DNA of 64,000 bases. Source: Bacillota bacterium. Its GTDB lineage: Bacteria > Bacillota > Clostridia > Saccharofermentanales > DTU023. Location: the NCBI GenBank assembly GCA_023426575.1, contig JAFAAL010000001.1, positions 5,243-69,242 of the forward strand. The letters run 5' to 3'. A program made the position numbers and the translations under genes. This document shows, one piece after another, positions 9,099-17,941 of this stretch (the first letter of the stretch is position 1; each line of letters starts with the position of its first letter). The notes beneath the pieces were generated by a model that saw only the letters and a program-made list of their open reading frames with translations, did no database searches and had not been told where the DNA came from.

Positions 9099-10081
9099 TC
9101 CCCACTCCGGCTCTGTCGCAGATCTGGTCCCATGAGTTCAATTGTCTCAAAAGCGCCGAGCAGCCTCGAGGCCAGGCGCTGATCGTATTGTAAAGCAAAT
9201 TCAGCTGGCGTCAGATTGCTCGCGATGACAAGTCTCTGCTTTCCAGCAGCGGCTCGATCGATCAATTGCATGAGCTCACGATACTGCCCCTCTGTCGAGC
9301 GCTCGACACCGAGATCATCGAGGAGCAGGAGATCCGCGTCTGCCAGCGCCTCCAACTGTTGCCGATTGATATCGAGCATCTCAGGATCTGGCTGGAAGCG
9401 CTGTCTGAGATAGGCCCGGTCAGCCATGATTTCAAAATACTGATAAGACTCGACAGAGGCGACGCCATATCCTCGCTCCAGGAGGGCTAGTGCCAGAGCA
9501 TTCAAGACATAGCTCTTGCCCGTCCCTGGAGGCCCGAAGATGTAGAGGTTCGACACCTCGGGAAAAGAGGAGACGTAGCTCTCGGCAAAAGCCCGCATAT
9601 TAAGTGCTGCGTCTTGGGGTGAACACTGTCCGCCATACCAGTCCTCAGAGCGCTCCGAGCTGAAGCGTTCGGGCTCAAAGTTCTGAAGACTCTGTTCGCG
9701 ATTTGGCAAAAAGTTGACCTCAGTTGGCAGATAGGCGGGCAGTTCAGGAATCACACAGGGACAGAGGCGCCCGTTCTCCAGATATCCCGTGTCTTGACAG
9801 CGGGTGCAGAGGGATGTCGGCGGCTCTGGATAAAGATTCTGCACTTCCCTCGCCTTGATCTCCCAGGCTCTCTTCAAGCGTTCAAAGTCAGCCTCAGCTT
9901 CCGCTCGCGCCTGAGGAGGCAGAAGACTCGCAGTGGCATAGCGCGCTCCCGCCGCCCTGAGATTGCGCTCAATCTCAGCCGCTTCGGGATCATCTGCCAG
10001 CTGTGCACGCCAGGCCTCCTGGCGCTGGAATTGTGCCTGCCGCCGCCTGGCCATCATCCGTTCTATTTCTCTCTGATACAT
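9095..10081 (-). CDS. dnaI: DnaI/DnaC-like helicase-loader AAA+ ATPase
   Basis: 328 aa with an N-terminal Zn-finger-like CTRCQDTGY...CPC, Walker A GPPGTGKSY and Walker B LLLLDDLG. Lies directly downstream of a DnaD-domain gene, as in the Bacillus dnaB-dnaI arrangement. Confidence 0.7.
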   Translation of the reverse strand: MYQREIERMMARRRQAQFQRQEAWRAQLADDPEAAEIERNLRAAGARYATASLLPPQARAEAEADFERLKRAWEIKAREVQNLYPEPPTSLCTRCQDTGYLENGRLCPCVIPELPAYLPTEVNFLPNREQSLQNFEPERFSSERSEDWYGGQCSPQDAALNMRAFAESYVSSFPEVSNLYIFGPPGTGKSYVLNALALALLERGYGVASVESYQYFEIMADRAYLRQRFQPDPEMLDINRQQLEALADADLLLLDDLGVERSTEGQYRELMQLIDRAAAGKQRLVIASNLTPAEFALQYDQRLASRLLGAFETIELMGPDLRQSRSGE

Positions 10082-11137
10082 CTATTCGTCTCTCTCCCCT
10101 TCCAGCTCAGTCTCAGTAGAGCGCTGACCCATCAACCACTTGAGGCTGTCAACTTGCCCAATCTCCTCTTGACGCCCTGCAAAATTGCCACGGTTCTCGC
10201 GGCGCTCACGCACTGCTCGTCGTGAACCCTTCTTCTGAGACGAGTTCTGCGGCAACTTGGCCAGATAGTCTTCGAGTTCTGCTTCATTTTTAATTCCGAC
10301 CTCGTGCCAAGTCTTGAGCACAGCATCAACATAGGCGAGATTCGGACTGCTGATCTTATTCGTCTCGCGCATTGCACGATCGATCAGCGCCAGGGAGAAG
10401 CCCCAGTCATCACACCACTTGCGCACGAGTTCCTTCTGATAAGTGGTCAGGGGAGCTCTAAAATTCATCCTCTGTCGCACAATCTCATACTCTTCTCGCA
10501 TAGCCTCACGCTCATCGAAATAGCGGTCGAGCTCCTCATGGCTGCGGATGCCCAGCTGATGCCAATTGTCGGCAATGGCCCGAATATAATTCATCGCATT
10601 CCTGGCCCCATTGCGCTCAGCCTCGGAAAACAGTGCATAGATGACATGGGGACTGAATTGATATTTGACAAACCAGCGCTCAATATCGCGGTAAATCGTC
10701 GGGCTCATCGTCCCCTGAAAGAAGATCTCGTTGATCTGCTGAATCGTCTCCTCCCGCTCCTCTGCCCCCGTCTCACAAGACGCGCTTTCTGAACTTTCAG
10801 GAGCTTCGAGAAACTGCTGCTGCAGACGATTGAACTGTCTGAGATCGGCCAGCAGATAGCGCTGCTTTTCCAGCCGTAGCAAATGGCGCGACATCAGCTC
10901 ATTCAGAGCCTTGTGATAGGCCGTCTGGCCGAAGCCGGCCAGACTCGAAATCTCATCAATCGTCGGCACAGTCGACTGACATTCCGCACAGTAGCTCAAA
11001 ATCAGGTAGAGCTTGACCGCATCACCACTCAGTGTCGCAAGCTCCGTCAAAATCAAACGCTCAGGCAGCAAAAACTCGCGACTGCCCGAAGCGCGCTCAA
11101 CATCAATTCTATAATCAGCTCTCAGATCAGAATCCAT
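10082..11137 (-). CDS. DnaD-domain replication initiation/membrane attachment protein (Bacillus DnaB-like)
   Basis: 351 aa with two DnaD-like C-terminal repeats (YIRAIADNWHQLGIRSHEELDRYF; YVDAVLKTWHEVGIKNEAELEDYL). Adjacent to the dnaI-like gene. Confidence 0.65.
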   Translation of the reverse strand: MDSDLRADYRIDVERASGSREFLLPERLILTELATLSGDAVKLYLILSYCAECQSTVPTIDEISSLAGFGQTAYHKALNELMSRHLLRLEKQRYLLADLRQFNRLQQQFLEAPESSESASCETGAEEREETIQQINEIFFQGTMSPTIYRDIERWFVKYQFSPHVIYALFSEAERNGARNAMNYIRAIADNWHQLGIRSHEELDRYFDEREAMREEYEIVRQRMNFRAPLTTYQKELVRKWCDDWGFSLALIDRAMRETNKISSPNLAYVDAVLKTWHEVGIKNEAELEDYLAKLPQNSSQKKGSRRAVRERRENRGNFAGRQEEIGQVDSLKWLMGQRSTETELEGERDE

Positions 11138-11185
11138 CGGCCACTCCTCTCAATTCGTCCTCCTATTATATAAGAAAAGCCCCAG

Positions 11186-11221
11186 AAGAAGAAAAGCCCC
11201 ACCGCCGTCAGGCAGTGGGGC
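11186..11221 (-). terminator. rho-independent terminator after the PFOR gene
   Basis: Minus strand reads GCCCCACTGCC-TGAC-GGCGGTGGGGC followed by TTTTCTTCTTC. Confidence 0.6.
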
Positions 11222-11240
11222 CAGGAGATGACTGCTCGTC

Positions 11241-14200
11241 TTATTGCTGTTCTTCTTCCTTCTTGCTAAAGTCCATGGCCGCCATCTGGAGATAGGTTTC
11301 ATAGCGTTCTGCCGCGGCTTCGGCCGCCTTGTCGAAGATGCCCTGGACGGTCTCTTCGTCATAGCGCTTAGACAGCGAGGTGTAGCGCACTTCGCTCATC
11401 AGATAGCTCTGATAGTCGTTCTTCGGCGGCTTGGAGTCGAGGATAAAGGGATTCTTACCCTCCTCCTTGAGCGCGGGATTATAGCGCCAGAGATGCCAGT
11501 AGCCACTCTCGACCGCGTCCTTCTCGCGGGTCTGCGAGATGGTCAGGCCGCCTCTGATCCCGTGGTTGATACAGGGCGAGTAGGCGATGACCAGTGAGGG
11601 ACCCGGCCAGGCTTCGGCCTCGGAGATTGCCTTCAAGGTCTGCATTTGGTTCGCGCCCATCGCAATCTGGGCGACGTAGACATAGCCATAGGTGACGGCC
11701 ATCATGCCGAGATCCTTCTTCTTCAGAGCCTTACCCCCCGCGGCGAACTGTGCGATCGCACCGAGCGGCGTCGCCTTACTGGCCTGTCCACCCGTGTTGG
11801 AGTACACCTCTGTATCGAGGACTAAGACATTGATGTCTTCACCGGTTGCCAAGACATGGTCCAGACCGCCGTAGCCGATGTCATAGGCCCAGCCGTCACC
11901 ACCGAGAATCCAGGAGGAGCGCTTGGCGAGGTAGTCACGGAGGAGGAGAATCGACTTGGCGTCCTTGTTCTCACTCGCAGCCTCGAGTGCTGTGATCAGC
12001 TGGTCGCTAAGTTCCAGGGTGTTCTCGCTCTTATCAAAGTTCTCGAGGTAGCTGTCGATGGCGCTCTTCAGATCTGCCTGAATCTCACCCTCGCGCAGGG
12101 CCTCAAGTTCTTGCTTAGCTCTCGCCCGCAGCTGCTTGTAGCCGAGGTGCATGCCGAGACCGTGCTCAGCAGCATCTTCGAAGAGTGAGTTCGCCCAGGT
12201 GGGGCCACGGCCCTTGGCATTTGCCTTATAGGGGGTCGAGGGGGCAGAGCCGCCGTAGATTGAAGAGCAACCCGTCGCATTGGAAATCTGGAGGCGCTCA
12301 CCAAAGAGCTGAGTCACAAGCTTGACATAGGGGGTCTCACCGCAGCCAGCACAGGCGCCAGAGAATTCGAAGAGAGGCTCCTCGAACTGCGAACCCTTGA
12401 CGCTGTTCTTACCCATGGGATTGGGCTTGCGCGGCAATTTGATCAGCTTATCCCAGTTCTCCTTCTGCTCCATGTTCTCCTCGAGAGGCTGCATGATCAG
12501 CGCCTTCTCCTTGGCAGGACAGACATTGGCACAGGAGCCGCAGCCCGTACAGTCGAGAGCCGAGACCTGAATGCGGTATTTGTAATTGTCGTAGGGCTTC
12601 ATGCCATCGCGCAGAGGCATCTGATCGCCCAGCTGCTCAGCCTCGGCCTCATCGAGGAGGAAGGGGCGGATGACGGCGTGTGGGCAGACATAGGAGCACT
12701 GATTACACTGGATGCACTTGTCGGGCTGCCAAATGGGGATGTTGACTGCGATACCACGCTTCTCATACTGGGTCGTCCCTGCGGGGAAGGTCCCGTCAGC
12801 GCGATCGGCAAAGGCTGAGACCGGCAGGAAGTCACCCTGCTGCGCCAGCATCTGGTGGGCGACGTTCTTATAGAAGTCGTCCGCCTCCAAGATCGGCAGT
12901 TGCTTGTCGGGCGCAGTCCGCCAGCTCTCGGGAATCTCAATCTTCTTGACGTTCTCGACGCCGGCATCGACGGCCTGGTAGTTCATATTGACGATGCGCT
13001 CACCCTTATTGCCGTAGGACTTGACGATCGCTTCCTTCATGTACTTGACGGAGTCCTCGATGGGAATGACTGGGGCAATCTTGAAGAAGGCGGCCTGACA
13101 GATGGTATTGATTCTATGGCCCAGGCCGATCTCGTCGGCAAGGCTCACAGCGTCGATCGTGTAGAACTTAATATCGTTTTCTGCGAGGTAGCGCTTGACC
13201 TGGCCAGGCAAGTTCTCCTCTAGGCCCTCCATGTCCCACTGTGTGTTGAGGAGGAAGACGCCACCTGGCTTAAGATCAGAGACGATGTCATATTTATCGA
13301 TATAGCTCTGATTGTGGCAGGCGACAAAGTCGGCAGAGTTGACGAGATAGGGCGCCTGGATCGGCTGGTGGCCAAAGCGCAAGTCAGAAATAGTGATACC
13401 GCCCGACTTCTTGGAGTCGTAGCTGAAATAGGCCTGAGCATACATATCGGTGTGATCGCCGATGATCTTGATGGAGTTCTTATTGGCACCGACTGTACCG
13501 TCAGAGCCGAGACCCCAGAATCTGGCCGCAAAGGTGCCCTCTGGAGAGACGTCGGGGCAGTCCTTGCAGGGCTCGAGGCTGAGGTGTGTCACGTCGTCAT
13601 TGATGCCGATCGTAAAGTTGTGACGCGGCTCATCGCGCAGCATCTTGTAGACGGCAAAAATCTGGGCAGGCGTCGTGTCCTTGCTGCCGAGACCATAGCG
13701 GCCACCGACAATGATGGGAGCATTCTCGACTTCCTTATAGGCATTGACGACGTCGAGGTAGAGAGGCTCACCAGGGGCGCCGGGCTCCTTGGTTCTGTCG
13801 AGGACAGCAATGCGCTTACAGCTGGCAGGGATTGCCGCTCTCAGAGCCTCGTTGACGAAGGGACGGTAGAGATGGACGCTCAGGAGGCCGAGCTTGTCCC
13901 CCTTGCTATTGGCATACTGGATGACCTCGCGGATCGTATCGACAACAGACCCCATGCAGACGATGACTTCCTCTGCCTCAGGATCGCCGTGGTAGTTGAA
14001 GAACTGGTAGTTGCGACCCGTCAGCCCAGAGATTTTGTCCATGTACTCCTGGACAATCTCAGGCAGTTGATCGTAGTAGGGATTGCTCGCCTCGCGGGCC
14101 TGGAAGAAGATGTCGGGGTTCTGTGCCGTCCCACGCTCTGTCGGATGGTTGGGACTCAGGGCACGTTCTCTGAACTTCTCGACGGCCTCCATATCGACCA

Positions 14201-14786
14201 GTTCCTTGAGATCTTCATAGTCGAGAATTTCAATCTTCTGAATTTCATGAGACGTTCTGAAGCCATCGAAGAAGTGGAGGAAGGGGACGCGACCCTTGAT
14301 GGCGGCGAGGTGGGCCACCGCAGCGAGGTCGTGAGCTTCCTGCACAGAGGAGGAGGCTAAAAGCGCAAAGCCCGTCTGACGGCAGGCCATGACGTCAGAG
14401 TGGTCACCGAAGATTGAGAGCGCATGGGTGGCAATTGCACGTGCTGAGACGTGGAAGACTGCTGGGAGCAGTTCGCCCGCAATTTTGTACATGTTGGGAA
14501 CCATGAGCAGGAGGCCCTGCGACGCGGTATAGGTCGTGGTCAGAGCACCCGTATTGAGTGAGCCGTGCACGACGGCGGCCGCACCCGCCTCGGACTGCAT
14601 CTCGATGACATTGACCGTCTGGCCGAAGATATTCTTGCGATCTCCCTGGGCCCACTGGTCGACATAGTCTGCCATCGGTGAGGACGGGGTGATGGGGTAA
14701 ATGCCCGCAACCTCCGAGAAAGCGTACGAAGTGTACGCCGCGGCGGTATTCCCGTCCATGGTCATAAACGTCTTCTTCTTTGCCAT
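11241..14786 (-). CDS. nifJ: pyruvate:ferredoxin (flavodoxin) oxidoreductase, single-chain
   Basis: 1181 aa with the typical N-terminus MDGNTAAAYTSYAFSEVAGIYPITPSS, an internal 2x[4Fe-4S] ferredoxin domain (CIQCNQCSYVCPH; CTGCGSCANVCP) and a TPP region GGDGWAYDIGYGGLDH. Confidence 0.95.
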   Translation of the reverse strand: MAKKKTFMTMDGNTAAAYTSYAFSEVAGIYPITPSSPMADYVDQWAQGDRKNIFGQTVNVIEMQSEAGAAAVVHGSLNTGALTTTYTASQGLLLMVPNMYKIAGELLPAVFHVSARAIATHALSIFGDHSDVMACRQTGFALLASSSVQEAHDLAAVAHLAAIKGRVPFLHFFDGFRTSHEIQKIEILDYEDLKELVDMEAVEKFRERALSPNHPTERGTAQNPDIFFQAREASNPYYDQLPEIVQEYMDKISGLTGRNYQFFNYHGDPEAEEVIVCMGSVVDTIREVIQYANSKGDKLGLLSVHLYRPFVNEALRAAIPASCKRIAVLDRTKEPGAPGEPLYLDVVNAYKEVENAPIIVGGRYGLGSKDTTPAQIFAVYKMLRDEPRHNFTIGINDDVTHLSLEPCKDCPDVSPEGTFAARFWGLGSDGTVGANKNSIKIIGDHTDMYAQAYFSYDSKKSGGITISDLRFGHQPIQAPYLVNSADFVACHNQSYIDKYDIVSDLKPGGVFLLNTQWDMEGLEENLPGQVKRYLAENDIKFYTIDAVSLADEIGLGHRINTICQAAFFKIAPVIPIEDSVKYMKEAIVKSYGNKGERIVNMNYQAVDAGVENVKKIEIPESWRTAPDKQLPILEADDFYKNVAHQMLAQQGDFLPVSAFADRADGTFPAGTTQYEKRGIAVNIPIWQPDKCIQCNQCSYVCPHAVIRPFLLDEAEAEQLGDQMPLRDGMKPYDNYKYRIQVSALDCTGCGSCANVCPAKEKALIMQPLEENMEQKENWDKLIKLPRKPNPMGKNSVKGSQFEEPLFEFSGACAGCGETPYVKLVTQLFGERLQISNATGCSSIYGGSAPSTPYKANAKGRGPTWANSLFEDAAEHGLGMHLGYKQLRARAKQELEALREGEIQADLKSAIDSYLENFDKSENTLELSDQLITALEAASENKDAKSILLLRDYLAKRSSWILGGDGWAYDIGYGGLDHVLATGEDINVLVLDTEVYSNTGGQASKATPLGAIAQFAAGGKALKKKDLGMMAVTYGYVYVAQIAMGANQMQTLKAISEAEAWPGPSLVIAYSPCINHGIRGGLTISQTREKDAVESGYWHLWRYNPALKEEGKNPFILDSKPPKNDYQSYLMSEVRYTSLSKRYDEETVQGIFDKAAEAAAERYETYLQMAAMDFSKKEEEQQ

Positions 14787-14861
14787 AAAAATCTCTCCTT
14801 TTTATTATCTGTGCAAAGCCTTATTTCAGCCATCAATTATAGCACAATTGAATGACACACT

Positions 14862-16847
14862 CTAGTCTTGCTCTGACGCCCTTTTCGCTTCGGCGTCTGC
14901 AGCAGCAGCGACAATCTTGGCAAATTCATCCGGCTTGAGGCTGGCGCCACCGATGAGTCCGCCATCGATATTGACCTGGGCGAACAAGTCGGCCGCATTC
15001 GCCGCGTTGACTGAACCGCCGTAGAGGATGATCACTTCTTCAGCGGCCTCAGGGCCAAATTCCGTCGCAATCAAGTGGCGAATAAAGGCGCAGACCTCTT
15101 CCGCCTCTTGACTCGTGGCCGTCTTGCCCGTGCCGATCGCCCAGATGGGCTCATAGGCAATGGCGACGCGCCAGAAATCCCTCTCAGGAATCCCTGCCAG
15201 ACCCTGGAGGATCTGTGTCTTGACGAGATCGAGGGTCTCCCCAGCCTCTCTTTGTTCAAGGGTCTCCCCACAACAGTAAATCGGCTTGAGACCCCAGGCC
15301 AGAGCTGATTTGACCTTCTTATTGATCTCTTCAGAGCTCTCTTTCTGATATTGACGGCGCTCAGAGTGACCGAGCACGACGTAGGGCACTGCGAGACTTG
15401 CAAGTGCCGCCGCAGAAATCTCACCCGTATAGGCACCTGAGTCCTCAGCATGGGCATTCTGAGCACCGATGAGAATTCTGCTAAAGGCCGTAGCCTCGAG
15501 CGCGGTGCTCAAGACGGTGTAGGGCACGTTGAATATAATCCGATCGGGCTGGGCCTCGAGCTGAGGGATAAATTCCTCAAAAAACTTCTGGGCCTCTGCT
15601 GGAACTTGCTTGTTCATCTTCCAATTGCCAGCGGGGATGACGGGGCGCTTGACGGCCGAGTGCAGAGCTGCCAGGCCCGGTAAAATCTTCCCTTCCATCA
15701 ACTCGAGCGAGGCGCCACCACCCGTCGAGATATGGCTAAAGTGCTCCGCCTGTCCAGATTGTTCAATCGCGGCAGCCAGATCACCGCCTCCGACAATAGA
15801 GACGGCGTCAGTCTCGGCGACAGCTCGAGCCACTTCATTCGTGCCAATGGCAAATTGTGGGAATTCGAAGACGCCGAGGGGTCCGTTCCAGACAATCGTC
15901 TTGGCCTCGCGGATGGCCTCCGTAAAGAGGCGAATGGACTCAGGACCAATATCCATGCCCATGAGTTCCGCTGGCATCTCTGTCGAGGGCACAGTGACGC
16001 CGACCGCAGCGCGGTCAAAGTCCTCAGCAGCGACGGTATCGACGGGGAAGAGCAGGCGGACGCCTCGCTCCTCGGCCATCGCCATGAGCTCTCGCGCGAG
16101 ATCAAATTTGTCTTCCTCACAGATAGACTTGCCGATGGAATGGCCCTGTGCGGCCAAGAAGGTATAGGCCATGCCCCCCGAGATGATGATGGTGTCAGCC
16201 TTCTTTAAAAGATTTTTGATGACGCCAATTTTATCGGAGACCTTGGCCCCGCCTAGAATTGCCACAAAGGGGTGGGCTGGATTCTCCACCGTGGCGCCCA
16301 TGACGTCGATTTCCTTTTGCATCAGGTAACCTGCGACGGGGTAGAGAAAGTTCGCCACGCCGGCAGTGGACGCATGCGCTCGGTGGGCCGTGCCGAAGGC
16401 ATCGTTGACATAGAGGTCAGCCAAGTCGGCCAGAGCTCTGGCAAAGTGCATGTCATTTTTTGTCTCCTCGGCGTGATAGCGGACGTTCTCCAAGAGGAGG
16501 ACCTCTCCATCTTTCAAGGCTCGGACCTCAGCCTGGGCACTCTCACCGATGACATCTGTCGCGTGCTTGACGGGGAAGCCGCCGAGCTCACTCAGCCGCT
16601 TGGCCAGAACAGCTGTGCTCTCCTTAGGGTCAAAACCCTTGGGCCGGCCGAGATGGGTGACGAGAATGGTCCGAGCCCCGCTCTCCCGTAATTTCTCAAT
16701 AGTGGGGAGTGCTGCGCGGATCCGGCGATCGTCTGTGATCTCGCCAGTCTCCTTATCGCGAGGGGTATTAAAGTCGACGCGCACGAGGACTCGCTTGCCT
16801 CTTAAATTCTGTACTTGATCAATCGTCTGTTTTTTCATCGGGGCCAT
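14862..16847 (-). CDS. pgk: fused phosphoglycerate kinase / triosephosphate isomerase
   Basis: 661-aa single ORF. The PGK part carries RVDFNTP, FGTAHRAHAS and STGGGASLELMEGKILPGLAAL. After a ~8-aa linker the TIM part carries PAGNWKMNK, GHSERR and AYEPIWAIGTGK. Confidence 0.9.
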   Translation of the reverse strand: MAPMKKQTIDQVQNLRGKRVLVRVDFNTPRDKETGEITDDRRIRAALPTIEKLRESGARTILVTHLGRPKGFDPKESTAVLAKRLSELGGFPVKHATDVIGESAQAEVRALKDGEVLLLENVRYHAEETKNDMHFARALADLADLYVNDAFGTAHRAHASTAGVANFLYPVAGYLMQKEIDVMGATVENPAHPFVAILGGAKVSDKIGVIKNLLKKADTIIISGGMAYTFLAAQGHSIGKSICEEDKFDLARELMAMAEERGVRLLFPVDTVAAEDFDRAAVGVTVPSTEMPAELMGMDIGPESIRLFTEAIREAKTIVWNGPLGVFEFPQFAIGTNEVARAVAETDAVSIVGGGDLAAAIEQSGQAEHFSHISTGGGASLELMEGKILPGLAALHSAVKRPVIPAGNWKMNKQVPAEAQKFFEEFIPQLEAQPDRIIFNVPYTVLSTALEATAFSRILIGAQNAHAEDSGAYTGEISAAALASLAVPYVVLGHSERRQYQKESSEEINKKVKSALAWGLKPIYCCGETLEQREAGETLDLVKTQILQGLAGIPERDFWRVAIAYEPIWAIGTGKTATSQEAEEVCAFIRHLIATEFGPEAAEEVIILYGGSVNAANAADLFAQVNIDGGLIGGASLKPDEFAKIVAAAADAEAKRASEQD

Positions 16848-16901
16848 ATGCTCCCTCCTTCACGTACTCCAGCCAGGAGGCAGGTCGCATGAATTGAAAA
16901 C

Positions 16902-16929
16902 TTGCGTCTCACCAGCCGTGAGCTATACT
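16902..16929 (+). promoter_or_regulatory. candidate promoter for the GT2 / PHP-Nudix operon
   Basis: TTGCGT (16902-16907), 16 nt, TATACT (16924-16929) in the divergent intergenic region. Confidence 0.3.
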
Positions 16930-17002
16930 AAATAAAGCACTTACAATATACCAAATTCGGCCCTTGGCGACAACGAGAGCACCAGTTTGAGACGAGGTAT
17001 CC

Positions 17003-17941
17003 ATGCTGATTTCACTGATCATCCCAGCCCATAACGAAGAGGCTCAGATCCCCCATACCATTGAGAGATTACAGACAGTCCTGCCCAGCGACTACGACTA
17101 CGAGTTCATCTTCATCGACGACGGCTCGAGCGACGGAACCTGGGCGAGTCTTCTGGCTGCCCAGGCCGAGGAAAAGCGCTTAAAACTCTTGAGACTCAGC
17201 CGCAATTTTGGCAAGGAAGCCGCGCTGGCCGCAGGACTCGATGCCGTCGACAGCGAGTCAAGAGCCGCCATCATTCTCGACTGTGACCTGCAGTTCCCTC
17301 CTGAATATATCGCCGAGATGCTCAGCAAGTGGCAGGAGGGCTACCAGATTGTCGCTGGACGCAAGGAACTGCGCCAGCGTGAATCGAAACTCTCCAGATG
17401 GAAGGCGCAGAGCTTTTACTGGTTGTTTCGCAAGCTCTCGGGATTCGACCTCCAGAATGCCTCGGACTTTCAACTCTGGGACCGCGCCGTCATCGAGTCC
17501 TGGTACCGCCTGGATGAGCGCGACTCATTCTTCCGCGCCCTCAGCCTCTGGCTCGGCTTCAAGCGGCATGAATTTTCCTTTGTGGTCAGCGAGCGCGAGC
17601 ACGGGGAGAGCAGCTGGAATTTCTTCTCCCTCTTGAGGCTTTCGCTCGATGCCATCACTGCATTTTCGGCAAAGATCCTCCTCCTGATTCCCCTCATGGC
17701 CATCCTCTTCTGGCTCTTCTTCCTCATCCTCGGAGTGCACACCCTCTATCAGTTCTTCCAGGGGGCGGCAGCGACGGGTTTTACGACGGTAATCTTGCTG
17801 CAATTGCTGATCGGCGGGGCGATCCTCTTTGCCCTCTCGCTTTTGGCTGTCTATATCGCACGTCTCTTCCGCGAGGTCAAGGGGCGTCCACGCTACCTGC
17901 TCGCTGAGTACCTGCCGCCGACTGAGAAGGGGCAACGATAA
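17003..17941 (+). CDS. family-2 glycosyltransferase with C-terminal TM helices (GtrB / polyprenyl-phosphate glycosyltransferase-like)
   Basis: 312 aa with LIIPAHNEE, FIDDGSSDGT and ILDCDLQ (DxD-like), plus two C-terminal hydrophobic helices. Confidence 0.8.
   Translation: MLISLIIPAHNEEAQIPHTIERLQTVLPSDYDYEFIFIDDGSSDGTWASLLAAQAEEKRLKLLRLSRNFGKEAALAAGLDAVDSESRAAIILDCDLQFPPEYIAEMLSKWQEGYQIVAGRKELRQRESKLSRWKAQSFYWLFRKLSGFDLQNASDFQLWDRAVIESWYRLDERDSFFRALSLWLGFKRHEFSFVVSEREHGESSWNFFSLLRLSLDAITAFSAKILLLIPLMAILFWLFFLILGVHTLYQFFQGAAATGFTTVILLQLLIGGAILFALSLLAVYIARLFREVKGRPRYLLAEYLPPTEKGQR

Noticed and set aside
13314-14360. 348-aa plus-strand ORF antisense to the PFOR gene
   Set aside because: It lies entirely inside a very well-supported 1181-aa gene on the other strand. 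The translation is low-complexity and Arg/Val/Asp-rich with no motif. Shadow ORFs like this are typical of a GC-rich genome.
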